Assembly: GCA_963845145.1 (NCBI GenBank)
Contig: CAWJQU010000001.1
Coordinates: forward strand, 320,001 to 384,000
Length of the DNA: 64,000 nucleotides
From: an uncultured delta proteobacterium
GTDB taxonomy: Bacteria; Desulfobacterota; Desulfobacteria; Desulfobacterales; QNYZ01
Direction: 5' to 3'
This document shows positions 1 to 11,246 of the stretch, in pieces. Made by a program: the position numbers and the translations under genes. Under the pieces are notes generated by a model. That model was given only the letters and a program-made list of their open reading frames with translations. It did not search any database and was not told where the DNA came from. Position 1 is the stretch's first letter. Every line of letters begins with the position of its first letter.

Positions 1-1
1 G

Positions 2-484
2 AAAAGGAATTTTGATAAAATAGATGGCCACAAAAGCCAAAGCGGCAAAAGCGTAAAGGAGACGATGCCTGAGCGCCTTTTTACCGATCCGCAGAACCGC
101 TTCAATAACCACGGCCACAACCACCGGCTGGATCCCGTAAAAAGCGGCGGCCACCATCGGTGTGTCAATATGCGCAACGGCCAAATAGCTGAGAATCAGC
201 ATGACAAAGATCGACGGGATCACAAAAAGGGTCCCTGCGGCAATACCACCGAGAGTGCCATTTAGCCGCCAGCCAATGTAAGTCGCCAGCTGTTGAGCTT
301 CGGGGCCGGGAAGCAACATACAAAAATTAAGGGCCCTAAGAAACGGATTTTCCGTCATCCACCGTCGCCGTTCCACCACCTCCTGATGCATCATGGCAAT
401 CTGGCCGGCCGGACCGCCGAAACTGATAAAACCCAACTTGGTCCAGAATTTTAATGTCTCGCGCAAAGGGATCGGTGATACCAT
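2..484 (-). CDS. chrA: Chromate efflux transporter, N-terminal part (runs off the window start)
   Basis: Manual translation from ATG 484, preceded by GGAGG: MVSPIPLRETLKFWTKLGFISFGGPAGQIAMMHQEVVERRRWMTENPFLRALNFCMLLPGPEAQQLATYIGW. It carries the CHR-family FGGP and LPGPEAQQ motifs. Not in the ORF track. Confidence 0.93.
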   Translation of the reverse strand, partial: MVSPIPLRETLKFWTKLGFISFGGPAGQIAMMHQEVVERRRWMTENPFLRALNFCMLLPGPEAQQLATYIGWRLNGTLGGIAAGTLFVIPSIFVMLILSYLAVAHIDTPMVAAAFYGIQPVVVAVVIEAVLRIGKKALRHRLLYAFAALAFVAIYFIKIPF

Positions 485-889
485 GCCGGATTCCTCCAAA
501 ATTTAAACCAATAGCCCAATTAACCACATGATTCATGCCGCAACACTTGTATATAAGCTATAATATAAAAAGGAATTCTCTCTACATCAAGGGGTGAAGG
601 CTATATACAAATGCCCCCGTCATTAAAACAAATCGTGAGGATTGTTAATTTTTTCAATATGCGCTAAGCATTAGTTAAAATTGTAATATTGGTACCATCC
701 ACTACTTGCCATTTATCGATTAAAGACGATCCTATACTCTTTTTTTCCATACGAACTGGGAACGGCAAAACCACCCTCATCCAATGGGGGTGTCCCTAAC
801 ACCACTCGTTTGATTTTTTCTGAGCCAACACCGGCTTGGAAACAAAAAGAGGCCATTGAAATGATCATATCTGATTAGGGGCCAATAGT

Positions 890-1366
890 ATGAACACATT
901 TTTCACCCTGCTTGAGCAACTCGTGTCGCTTACCGCACCGTCGATCGTGGTGCTGCAGAGCCTTTTAGGCGTGACACTACTGCCCGTAAAAGAGAACCGG
1001 TTCTCGCAATTTTACGAAGGGCGGCCGGCCACGGGGATGATTGCCCGGGTCGATTACCGGGTGCCGATTTCGAATGATCCCCAAAAAGCGCCCTTCCTGG
1101 TAATGGACCTTCGTGATGAGTCGATCCATTTCGATGATTTCCGAAAAAAGTTAGGCGACGTATATCCCTCGGATGTCAGCGCCCATCATCCTCATTTTGT
1201 CGGATACAGGGGCCGTTTCAACGGTCATCCGGTGAGGGTAAGGGTAAGCACAAAGACCAATGTCGTGTTGGCAGTAGTGATTGATTACGCGGAACAGGTC
1301 GTGAATGAGGACAACAGCCGGCCTGATGCACCGGTCAGGTCTTCAACGAAGCGGCCGGACGATTAA
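890..1366 (+). CDS. Hypothetical protein
   Basis: 158-aa ORF, first of four co-oriented genes; no family recognised. Confidence 0.7.
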   Translation: MNTFFTLLEQLVSLTAPSIVVLQSLLGVTLLPVKENRFSQFYEGRPATGMIARVDYRVPISNDPQKAPFLVMDLRDESIHFDDFRKKLGDVYPSDVSAHHPHFVGYRGRFNGHPVRVRVSTKTNVVLAVVIDYAEQVVNEDNSRPDAPVRSSTKRPDD

Positions 1367-1427
1367 ATGCGATCTTCCATAAAATGACATTTAATTAAGA
1401 ATAACCGAATGAAAGAAAGGATTTCCA

Positions 1428-2708
1428 ATGAATGACCAAATGACCCGTTTTAGCTTTTTAATTTTGTTCACAATACTTCTCATTGGATGCGGTGGCCGTA
1501 CCCATCAGCCAGAGCCAACATCACCACCAAAGTCGCCAGAAGCAATGGCGACAAACACACCTGAAAAAACCGCATCAGCAGAGTCGGCCACATTCCAGGA
1601 TGCCACAGTAACGGCATCTCGATTAAACCTGCGTGACAAAGGCTCGGCCAAAGGTAACGTGGTAGGGGTGCTCAAAAAGGGTGACCCGTTGGAGATCCTT
1701 TCCCACAGGGATAACTGGCTGGAAGTTACCACACTGGATGGCAAAAAAGGGTGGGTGTACGGCCGCTATGTGCAAACCGGTGACAAGATGCCTGACACAG
1801 CCGTCAAATCAGAAAAGCCGGCAATTACTCCACCGAAAGTTCAAACCGCAAAAGCCGATGCTACAGTCCAATCCAAACCGGCTAAAACCCCGATACCCAA
1901 AGCAGCCCCTAATAAGAGTCATGCGTTACGCCAACAGTTGGAGATGGTGTGGGGAACAAGCCGCCAGGCCTATCGTGACGGCGATTTGGCCCTGATCCGG
2001 AAAGTCACCTCGAATCATTCTTACGGCACCTTGCAGAACGATCTGACGGCTGTTGGCAAGGAATTAAAACCCGATGATGTGACTGTTCTCTACAAAATGA
2101 TGCCGGATTTGGCTAAATTAAAATTCGTCGAAATCAAGCAAGACGGCCCCACCGTCGGTATGCTATATCTGGATGAGGGCGACAAAAGCGACGACCCCAA
2201 CCTGCCGCCGCCGGTGCGCTTTCACTTCATTAAGTTTGTGAAAGAGGCACGAGGCTGGACCTTAGAAGGGACTCTCTCCATGAGAGAACCCAAATACCAA
2301 AAAGACGGCAGCGAGACCCGGTTTGACTATGCCGACCTTCCCGGCGAATTGGCCATTGATGGAAAAGTGCACCCCGCTCCCAAAGCCGTGGCAAAACCAA
2401 CCGAAGCGATGGTAAAGGGGGCCCTCGATATATCCTCTTATGATTATATCACCAGGGTTTCTATTAACGGGGTACCGCAAAGGGAAACGGAAGGCGCCAA
2501 CTCATCCGGAGCCATCAAGGGGGGGCTGAAAAAAGGGGCAAACAAGATTGAAATTGTGGTCAGCAAATCGGCCAAAGCGCAATCCGAATGGGAGCCCGAA
2601 GTGACGATCCGGTATCTGAACAGTTCAGGTCAGGAGCAGGAGGCGTTTAATTTCGCCCCTGAGGAAAATATTGAGGGCACGCATGAATTTACCTTTACGG
2701 TTGAATGA
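1428..2708 (+). CDS. Lipoprotein with bacterial SH3 domain and Pro/Ala/Lys-rich linkers
   Basis: Lipobox LLIG-C; SH3b pattern VTASRLNLR...G.L..G..L......NWLEV....GKKGWV...YV; AAGGA RBS. Confidence 0.85.
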   Translation: MNDQMTRFSFLILFTILLIGCGGRTHQPEPTSPPKSPEAMATNTPEKTASAESATFQDATVTASRLNLRDKGSAKGNVVGVLKKGDPLEILSHRDNWLEVTTLDGKKGWVYGRYVQTGDKMPDTAVKSEKPAITPPKVQTAKADATVQSKPAKTPIPKAAPNKSHALRQQLEMVWGTSRQAYRDGDLALIRKVTSNHSYGTLQNDLTAVGKELKPDDVTVLYKMMPDLAKLKFVEIKQDGPTVGMLYLDEGDKSDDPNLPPPVRFHFIKFVKEARGWTLEGTLSMREPKYQKDGSETRFDYADLPGELAIDGKVHPAPKAVAKPTEAMVKGALDISSYDYITRVSINGVPQRETEGANSSGAIKGGLKKGANKIEIVVSKSAKAQSEWEPEVTIRYLNSSGQEQEAFNFAPEENIEGTHEFTFTVE

Positions 2709-2744
2709 AGCAAAATATCGTTATAGTGCCGCTTATAGCTTGGC

Positions 2745-3629
2745 ATGATAAAAGGTAAAGTGATGTCAAAACAGTTATTGACGGTTATCATCCTGATCAG
2801 TGGAATGGTGTTTTCTACCTGGGAAAATCAATCTGTCGCCTCGTCGCGTCTTGCTAAAGCGTCTAAACAACCAACTTTTCATATTGTAACACCCCCGAAC
2901 GTACAAAAGTCGACCCAAATCGTCTCCAGCCGTAGCACAGCGGCATTTGGCTTTAACGCCCCTCTGGTCCGGATCTATTTGCCGCGCATCGATAACAGTA
3001 CCTACGCAGTTATCGAATTCGATGAACCTATGCTTTTAAACGACAACGGCAAAAGTATTGCCTGCGAAATTGAGCGAGGCGGATACAATATAGACCTCTA
3101 TTCGGACGAAATCCGTTTCGCCGCCCCGGATGGGATGGAAACGCTGAGTTACGCCAAAGCCAAAGGTACCGGACGAATCCTGTACCCCCTCAAGATTACC
3201 ACCCGTGCCGTCCATTCGGGACAGCCGGCCAGCAACCCGGAGGTAATCATCAACGGTTCCAGGGTGACCTATATCGATCAAAATATCTCTGAAATGGTAT
3301 TTAAGCAAAGTCATATGGGTCCGGTTCGGGCCTATGATGCCACGGGCCGCCAGCTAATAATGGGAGACTATAATGCCTCACAAACCCAGGGCAAAATCAT
3401 GCGGCGGACGCTCTCATTTTTGGGTAAAATCGCCAAAGTAGAGATCGATACGGTCGCCGAATGGGCTGAGATGGCGTTTTCCTATAAGCTGCCGCCCACC
3501 AAACCGCTGCCGGAGAGTTATCGTGGGTACGTTGTCTCGCGTCCGCCGCAAATTTCGGCCACACGTGATGGTGACGTATCGGTAAGGTTTGTTTCTCAGG
3601 GCACATCAGCACCAGTTAAAAATGAATAG
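2745..3629 (+). CDS. Hypothetical exported protein
   Basis: 294-aa ORF with an N-terminal hydrophobic signal-like segment; the true start may be a few codons later. Confidence 0.7.
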   Translation: MIKGKVMSKQLLTVIILISGMVFSTWENQSVASSRLAKASKQPTFHIVTPPNVQKSTQIVSSRSTAAFGFNAPLVRIYLPRIDNSTYAVIEFDEPMLLNDNGKSIACEIERGGYNIDLYSDEIRFAAPDGMETLSYAKAKGTGRILYPLKITTRAVHSGQPASNPEVIINGSRVTYIDQNISEMVFKQSHMGPVRAYDATGRQLIMGDYNASQTQGKIMRRTLSFLGKIAKVEIDTVAEWAEMAFSYKLPPTKPLPESYRGYVVSRPPQISATRDGDVSVRFVSQGTSAPVKNE

Positions 3630-3677
3630 TAAAATATCAATCCAAACGCGTCTACCCATCATGCCGGAGGATAATTT

Positions 3678-4211
3678 ATGAATCCTGTTTTCAGCATAAC
3701 ATCTCTCAAGCACAGACGCTTCATCATGTTTTTATTAATGGTAATTTCGGTGGGATTGTTGAGTGCCTGTGCCACAATGATCCACTATCCAACCGATATG
3801 GCCAAAGGTGTTAAATTCTCTCCCGCTGAAGCGGTGGTGTTTGTCCGTAAAGAGGCCCGGGCCAGCCAGTCCGATGCCGATTACGGCAGCTTTGTACTGG
3901 ACACTAAGGGTTTCAGTTTCGCCAAAACAGTAAAAAAAAAGAAAAAACGAAAATCTAATGGCATTACGGCTATCGTAGAGTACGAGGAGGCCCAGGTCCA
4001 TCATGTGTCCTGGCAAAGTGTCAATCGTATCGATCCCTACCTTAAAGAGACCTTCATTGGTGAGCTTTACGGTGTGCAGCTACAGTTCACATCCAGCCGG
4101 GTTGTTTCAAGCCTAAGACAGAACATCAGCGCTGAACTGGATCTCTATTGTGACAATTATGAAGAGCTGACCCGTGTAGTAGCGGCCCTGCAAACTTTGA
4201 TAGCAAAATAA
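3678..4211 (+). CDS. Hypothetical lipoprotein
   Basis: GGAGG RBS; lipobox LLSA-C. Confidence 0.75.
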   Translation: MNPVFSITSLKHRRFIMFLLMVISVGLLSACATMIHYPTDMAKGVKFSPAEAVVFVRKEARASQSDADYGSFVLDTKGFSFAKTVKKKKKRKSNGITAIVEYEEAQVHHVSWQSVNRIDPYLKETFIGELYGVQLQFTSSRVVSSLRQNISAELDLYCDNYEELTRVVAALQTLIAK

Positions 4212-4345
4212 GCGCACGGTGATCGAACCATCATTTTGATACATATTCCCGATACCAGCAAAGCAACTGGATACGCACTTCAGACTTTCAAAGGAGTTTA
4301 GCATTCAAAAGTTACTGAGCTGGCCGGACACTTTTATATTCAAGC

Positions 4346-4381
4346 AAAAAGGCCCCATTCCAAAAAGGAAGGGGGCCTTTT
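4346..4381. terminator. Bidirectional intrinsic terminator
   Basis: AAAAAGGCCCC...GGGGGCCTTTT stem with A/T tracts on both sides, between convergent genes. Confidence 0.8.
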
Positions 4382-4408
4382 ACTTAAAAACAATAATTAC
4401 CGTGCTAA

Positions 4409-5302
4409 TTACAATTCCAACCAAGAATCAGAGTAAAGGCTCTTGCCGAGAATCACATTCACCGTTTTGGCATAATCCAGCAGCTCTTTGGAGAGACTGC
4501 CCATATCCGGTTCATTGCCGTCCATGATACCGTAAATCAGGTCCACGATATCCTGGCGCTCGCCTTTGGCGATGGCGATGAGTTGATCATCGCGAGGATC
4601 GGCGATACAGGAGACCATCCCGTATTTTTCCAACATGACCATATAGGTTTGGTTTAAGATGGGTCGCAGATGTTCCGGCGGCCCATTGGAAATGTTGGAA
4701 AGCCCGCAGGTGCTTTTAGCGCCGGGGCACATATCCGGAAGCATTCCCTGGAACTCCATCAGGCTGATAGCCTGGGGTTGCTGAATATTCACTGGAGTGA
4801 CAATCCCGTCAACCCAAATCTTCTCATTGGGGATGCCGGCTTCGTTGGCAAAATAGAGCAACTCGACACACAAAGCCGCCCGCTCGTTTTCATCCCGTGG
4901 GAGTCCTTCCGGTCCCCACATCAAAGCGACAAAATCAACCCCATGCTCGGCCGTCAGAGGGACCATCTTCTCGTAGCGTTCAGGACGAACCATGATGGAA
5001 TTGACGATATGGGATTTTCCGGGAACTTCCTTAATCACCTTGAGAGATTCCGCAATGGCATCGATGTTGGAGGTATCCAGGGCCAGGGGCACATCTGAAA
5101 CGACTTCCTGAACGGTTTCCACGACCCAAGGCATTAACTCATGGCCATCTTTTTTAGCAGGACCGAGGTTAATGTCGATAATATCCATTTTCTTCTCTTT
5201 CTGGAAAACGGCCTCTTCCTGAATTGGCCCGGCATCGCGCTCTTTAAAGGCCCTGCCGATTTTCGTCGAAATTACGTTTAAACTTTCACCTATAAGTAAC
5301 AT
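4409..5302 (-). CDS. acsE: Methyltetrahydrofolate:corrinoid Fe-S protein methyltransferase (pterin-binding family)
   Basis: MLLIGESLN, IDINLG, LALDTSN and GLSNISNG motifs; last gene of the acs cluster. Confidence 0.92.
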   Translation of the reverse strand: MLLIGESLNVISTKIGRAFKERDAGPIQEEAVFQKEKKMDIIDINLGPAKKDGHELMPWVVETVQEVVSDVPLALDTSNIDAIAESLKVIKEVPGKSHIVNSIMVRPERYEKMVPLTAEHGVDFVALMWGPEGLPRDENERAALCVELLYFANEAGIPNEKIWVDGIVTPVNIQQPQAISLMEFQGMLPDMCPGAKSTCGLSNISNGPPEHLRPILNQTYMVMLEKYGMVSCIADPRDDQLIAIAKGERQDIVDLIYGIMDGNEPDMGSLSKELLDYAKTVNVILGKSLYSDSWLEL

Positions 5303-5418
5303 ACGCCCTCCCTTCCACAGTTTTTACTTTATTTTGGGACAAACCGGCTTTGGTGTGATTCGCATCGGCACACCAATGTCACCCGGTGTCATGGAAGCGA
5401 TTCATCCCGACAACGGAC

Positions 5419-6760
5419 TTATTTGTCCTTCAAGAAAGCCGGAATATGCGGCGCTTCTCTGGGGCCAACAATGATATTCCAATCGGGCAGTTCTTCTTCG
5501 ATCTCGCCCACAATGGCTGCGGCGTATCCGGGGATCACGAGATCCCGGGTCTTGGTTTTGTCTGCGATACCGGATTTTTTCACGAACATTCCCACATCGT
5601 CTCCGGCAAACTTTCCAGCCGCCCAGGCAGTCAACACGCTCAATCCTTCCGAATCTTTGATCAATAACCAGGTCGGCACCCGACTTCCCTCAATCTCGCC
5701 CGATACGATAAAGTAGGTCAAAGCAAAGTTGGTGGTGACCATGATCGGAGAATTTTCATCCGGATTATTAATTTCATAAATACCCTCGGTAACCGTCATG
5801 GGTCGCTGGGGATCGGTAAATATATTCAACCGGCTTACCAATAGCGGGAACAAACTTTCACCGGCAAAATCCGAAAGAATCACAATCCCACCATACTTGG
5901 CGATATGCATGCCGGCGATCAACGATTCCGTATCCAGATTAGACGCCATCTCGCATGGGAATGTGATGGTCGGAAAGCCCACATCCCGATTCGCATCTTT
6001 TAAAGCCGCCCGGCGAATGGCGATCTGATCCTCGTTGGACTGTTTGATTTCCCGGGAACCGGGATCAAGTACCAGGTCTTTTAGTCCCATCCCAGTCAAT
6101 TTGGCGCTCAGGGGAACCAGTGCTTCCACCGAATCGGCTTTGATTGCCAAAGGCAGATCGTTCTCTTTGGCCAGCGCACCGAAATCGTCCGCATTGGCTT
6201 CAGTGGCCGCATACATCAAAGGGCGTTTGTACCCACAGGCCTCAACGCCCGCTTTCATGACGCCAAGGTCTTCGGTCATGAGCACAACATTGAATTCCGA
6301 TGTGTCGGCGATTTTTTTTGCAGTGGCGGCAAATGCATCGGCATTTCCGTCCACATCTTTGACGGCTACCAATTCAGGCCGAAGGTTGTACCCGACCCTC
6401 TCAAATTGGAACGCATTCCAGGTTTTTAATTTGGCCTCCAAATCCCCTTCAGCGATATCCGACCCCACCAAAGCACCGATCAAGCTGGGATTATAAAATG
6501 TCTTCTCATGACGATACTAGGACCGTCTCACCGCCGGCGATACGTTCGCGAACACCTTTGCCGATTTTCACCGGCCGAATGGGAGGCGCCGATGCTTCGG
6601 CCAACTGCTCCCGGGCTTCATCGGATACATATGGACAGCCATCCAGCTCCGCCTTTCCCGAGGCCAGGTTCATGGCAAAAGCCAGACAAGTCGGCACGCC
6701 ACATTCCTTGCAGTTGGTTTTCGGCAGGAGCTTGAAAATCTGTATACCAGTTAATGCCAT
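5419..6760 (-). CDS. acsC: Corrinoid Fe-S protein large (gamma) subunit; one frameshift near 6518
   Basis: N-terminus MALTGIQIFKLLPKTNCKECGVPTCLAFA..CP (4Fe-4S site); C-terminal TTNFALTY and SVLTAWAAGKF. Removing one base restores GGETVLYRHEKTFYNP. Confidence 0.93.
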
Positions 6761-6794
6761 CTCTATCTCCTTCGTTATATAATCATCAGGTTCA

Positions 6795-6830
6795 CGGCAA
6801 GGCATGGTGTTTTCACCCCATGCCTTGCCG
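6795..6830. repeat. 13-bp perfect inverted repeat between acsB and acsC
   Basis: CGGCAAGGCATGG-N10-CCATGCCTTGCCG; no adjacent U-tract. Confidence 0.7.
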
Positions 6831-6873
6831 AGATTTTCCGGTTTATCGTAACAGCCGATCCACTATCAAACCA

Positions 6874-9091
6874 CTAACGGATCAGGGAATCCATTTCAAG
6901 CGCTGGATGCTTTTTCTCCTGGAGAAAGGGAAGGATCTCTTCTTCGGTCATCCCGACGGTTTCATCGGCAATCCGGTCGACCAGATCCGGCACGCCCATC
7001 CGTTCGCCGGCTTTTTCGAGGCGGTCCCGGATCTCCTCTTTGAGCATCTTCGGCATCCAGACCATACGCAGCAGGCCGCCGTCACCCTTTGATAAACTTT
7101 CCCTGGGTGATGTTGAACTTGGAATGGCCGACAAAGCCCGGTGATGATTGTCCACCGCCCATAACCCCGGCCAAGGTGGTAAATTTCATGCCACAAGGCG
7201 TCTCACCGTTGTATTCCCGGTTGACGGTCATGATACCGTTACAAGCCGGCAGCATGGCGGCAATACATTCACAGCACCCGCAGGTCGTCATGGGATCGAT
7301 GACCATCGAATAAAAGTTGTAATGATCGATGGCACCCCGGGAGGCTTTGGCGATAAAATCGTTAACCCCTTTCCACTGGCCTAATACCGGATCAACACAT
7401 TCTCCCTTTTCAATGGGCTGGTTGGGACCGGTGGGGTTAATTTCAAAAGAGGCCTTGCAGTCCATCCAGTTGTACGCCCCACATAAGCCCAGTTCGTTCG
7501 GGACTGACCGAGCATACATGGGTGGGAGCGAAAGACTGGCACAAGGTGCAGGAGTAATAGGTTTCTACATCCTCATCGGTCATTTTTTCAACGCGCTCAT
7601 CACGGGTTCTGTACTCAGCTCGCGCTGTTTGGTCAGTTCATCCACATCCTCTTGGTTGGTGTAGAGGGTGACTTCGACTTTATCGAAAATCTTACCGAAA
7701 TCCTGATGAAACTTGGCATGCAGAACCACACCGATATCCTTGATGGTAAAGCCTTTTTCGAGCGCAGCCTTACCCACCCGGATCCAGGAGATATCCCGCT
7801 GTCCAATATGCATGATACCCTGGATGTAGTTGATCAGATGATGGATCTGTCGTTCGAGAATCGGCTCAAAATCGGTCTGGAATTCACGCCCGGCGACCTG
7901 GACATAAATTCCCAGCGGAAAGGTTTCGCCTTCTTTCAGCTCGGTAATATCCGGGCCCACCAGATTCACTTTGGCGTCCTCGATCTCGCTCATCTCGGCC
8001 ATTTTGACCAGCTCGGTGCACTGGGTCTTGCCACCGCCGGTCTGGCAGTGCAGATCGGCCCCGCGCACACGCTCACCCTCAAAGGCCGGACCGAAGGAAC
8101 ATGGAATATCGATTTCGGAAACCGTTACCTTGAGGCCGCGGACTTCGACCGATTTCTGGCATATTTCGTCATGAGGAACATTGGCCACAACATGCTCGTA
8201 GGTACAGATACCGGTGGGCAAAATTTCCGGAATGTCGGTATCGGCCAAGGTCGGGAAACCCCAGTTAACACAACCGGCTGCGGCAACACCCCATTCGGTA
8301 CCAATATCACCAAAGGCGTTTACAAACGCAAAAACCCGGTCTTTGTTATAATGCAAGATCTTCTTATAATCTCCCGGTTGAACCCCACCAAACGCCATGG
8401 CCGCGCGATTGGCAAAACCGAGGGAAAAACGGCGGAAGAGATATCCGGCCCAAAAGGCACGATCCGGGTGCCCCAGCCGATTTGAACGCCGGCTTCAATG
8501 AACTGCTCAATGACCGAAGTTCCGTTATGATGGGCGGCACAGAAGATATAGAGGTTCTTCTTCTGATAGTCCTCCACGATCATCTTGGCCGTTTCGGGAT
8601 CGGGACAGGCACCGACCACGATAGCGGCAAAACCCGGTGCAGAGCCATCCACGAACTCCACGCCTCTCTTCCTCAAGATAATATCATCCGCGGGGCCGAC
8701 CCACATTTTCCCGTTTTCTAGATCCGGATCTTCCTGGGGCAGATAAAAATCCGGTTCTCTTAAAATTCGAAGGGCTTCTAAAATTTCATAACAAAAGATC
8801 GCTGCCATACCCGCATCCAGAAGGGGGCCGAAATAAGGCAGATGGTGTTTACCCTTAATATGCGGGGGTAACAGTCCTCGTGCGAACTCCAGCGGTTTTT
8901 TCAGATCTTCTAAGGGTTTCCACCTTCATACCGGTGAGTGAATAGATGACCGGCAGGTAATAACCGGTATTGGGAAATTCTATTTTTGAAGCGGCGTCAA
9001 AGGTATCGAGTGCATTTTTAAATTGACCTTCGGCCGTAGAGACAACTTTATAACCACCCTGAATGCCGGCAAATGCGACTAACTTGGACAT
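6874..9091 (-). CDS. acsB: Acetyl-CoA synthase subunit; about 5 single-base frameshifts (near 8915, 8424, 7628, 7488, 7090)
   Basis: Start MSKLVAFAG after AAGGAGG. The fragments give FPNTGYYLP, GVEFVDGSAPGFAA, DFEPILERQIH, YYSCTLCQSFAPTHVC, GLCGAYNW, PMTTCGCCEC and RMVWMPK. Confidence 0.93.
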
Positions 9092-9126
9092 ACTTTCCTC
9101 CTTCGTTGAGGATATTATTTCAATAA

Positions 9127-11160
9127 TTAACGCTTCCAGTGCCTGCCGATCGGCCATATCCATCAACACCCGATCCCTGGCCTTATCAATACCAAGGGCC
9201 TTTCGTTTCTTATCGATATGGGCAATCATGGCATGCGCATGTTCAATGGCATCCGTATACATATCCCACATGCCGCCATAGATACTTTCCATTTCTTTAA
9301 ATAGATAGTTCTGGAATACCGGCGCGCCTTTGTCTGCAGAATACCGCCAAAGACAGTGTAGACACCCGAGGAAACAAAATAATGTCCAATCGCAATCGCT
9401 TTTTCACTCATCCATTCCGGGGCACTGCCGGCGGCCGGAAGGTCGGTGATATCGTCTCCCAACCCACCTGCTTTAACGACTTCGGTGGCGGCAAGCAAGA
9501 TGCGACTGTTGTCCACACATGATCCCAGATGCAGAACCGGCGGAATACCAACCGTTTCGCACACTTCCGCCAGGCCGGGGCCGCACATGACGGCTGCGGT
9601 TTCCGGAGTTAACAGCCCTGCAGTTGCGCAGGCGATGGCGTTACATCCGGTCGTTAAGACCAAAACGTCATTTTTGATCAACTCTTTGATCATCGTGATA
9701 CATTCGTTATTATGCTGGGACCGGGCATTGTTACAACCCACCACACCGGCCAGTCCTCTGATGCGACCGTTGATGATATTATCATTTAGCGTGTAATAAT
9801 CACCTCGGAAAGAGCCACCCAGATGATACTTGATCGACTCCACCCCAAACCCGGCGATCTGAACGGATTTCTGTCTCGGAATATCGACTTCCGTTTCACG
9901 ATTCTGGAAATTGTCAATGGCCATAGTCAGAATCCGTTTGGCATCTTCCATGGCATGATGTTCATCAAACTCAATGTGAATCACGTTATCCTGTTCCATC
10001 TTGGCGATGGGATGGGTGGTGATCAGCTTGGTATGGAAACATTTGGCCACATTGGCCAGGTTCTGAAAGATACACTGAACGTCTACGACCATGGCGTCGC
10101 AAGCGCCGGTAACGATCACCAACTCCTGCTGTAAGAAATTGCCTGCCGGTGGCACACCATGCCGCTGGAGAATTTCATTGGCCGTACAGCAGATCCCGCC
10201 CAACTGAATCCCGTTGGCGCCTTTTGATTTGGCATAATCAATCATCTCTTTTGACTGGGATGCCGCTACGATCATCTCTGATAGGACCGGTTCATGCCCG
10301 TGGACAATCACATTGACATAATCCTCTTTCATGATGCCGATATTGGATTCGGCATGCAGGGGATAGGGGGTTCCGAAAAGGATATCCTGCAGATCGGTGG
10401 CCATCATGGAGCCACCCCACCCATCGGCAAGGGATGCCCGGGTACACTGTTTAACCAGGTTTTTATAATCCTGATCAACACCCATATGGGTACGGTGCAT
10501 GATTTCAACAATTTCCCGGTCAATATTCCGGGGGACGACCCCGTTTTTCTTCCATTTTTTGTACAGAGGCGCCGGCGCTCTCTTGGCGTACATAAGCTCG
10601 CCTTCGGTTTTTCCCCATTCATTCATCGCAGCCTTGGCGACATCAAGGGCAATTTCATCAACGTTTCTGTCTTTTTCCTCGCCATCAACTTCAACTGTCG
10701 TGGCGACACCGAAATGCGGGGCAACAGCCAACAACTTTGCGATATCTTTGATCCGGTAATCCTTGGTCTCTTTCCGCGCTGCTGACATAAAAACTTCCGC
10801 CACGGATCGGCCATGGTCCGAATGTGCGGCTGCGCCGGCGGCGACCATTCGTGCAAAATTACGTGCGGCAATGGTATTGGCTGTAGCACCACACAACCCT
10901 TTGCGGGTATCTTCACCCTCGATACCGCCCTTGGGCAGGGGTAGACGACAGGGACCCATGGCACAGTTCTTACAACAAATCCCCTGAATACCGATATTAC
11001 AGGGTTTCATCTTAACCGCCCTGTCAAATACGGTTTCAACATTGAGCTCCTGAGCCCTTGCAATCATTTGCTGACTGGCTAAATCGATACTGGCTGCCTT
11101 CGGATCCGCCATTTTCGGCGCTTTGGCTGTGGCAACCGCTGTTTTTTTCTCTATTGCCAT
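9127..11160 (-). CDS. cooS: Anaerobic Ni-Fe carbon monoxide dehydrogenase; frameshift near 9345, C-terminus continues in the frame of the 8855..9292 ORF
   Basis: CCKNCAMGPCR, AAAHSDH, HGHEP, GICCTANE, GCNN, TTGC, GSCVDN and APEWMSEKA motifs. Confidence 0.95.
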
Positions 11161-11246
11161 TTGAGGTTCCTCCTCATCATTGATTGTCGGCAGTTCCTGA
11201 ATAAAATACCAAACAGGGAAATATGCCTGATTTTTAAAATATCTGA

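Noticed and set aside
755..845. Riboswitch (c-di-GMP-I or TPP-like) in the leader of the 890 gene
   Set aside because: GGCAAAAC and an 8-bp hairpin are present, but the GNRA loop, the GCAAA junction and the TPP core motifs are missing.
7082..7084. Selenocysteine readthrough at TGA codons inside acsB (also 7580) and acsC (6506)
   Set aside because: The homologous sequence continues in a different frame, so these stops result from frameshifts, not recoding.
8855..9292. Apparent in-frame fusion of the CooS C-terminus to the AcsB N-terminus
   Set aside because: GCG-TTA-A at 9127-9133 becomes GCG-TAA on removing one T. acsB has its own AAGGAGG RBS and the region is full of indels, so this is most likely an artefact.
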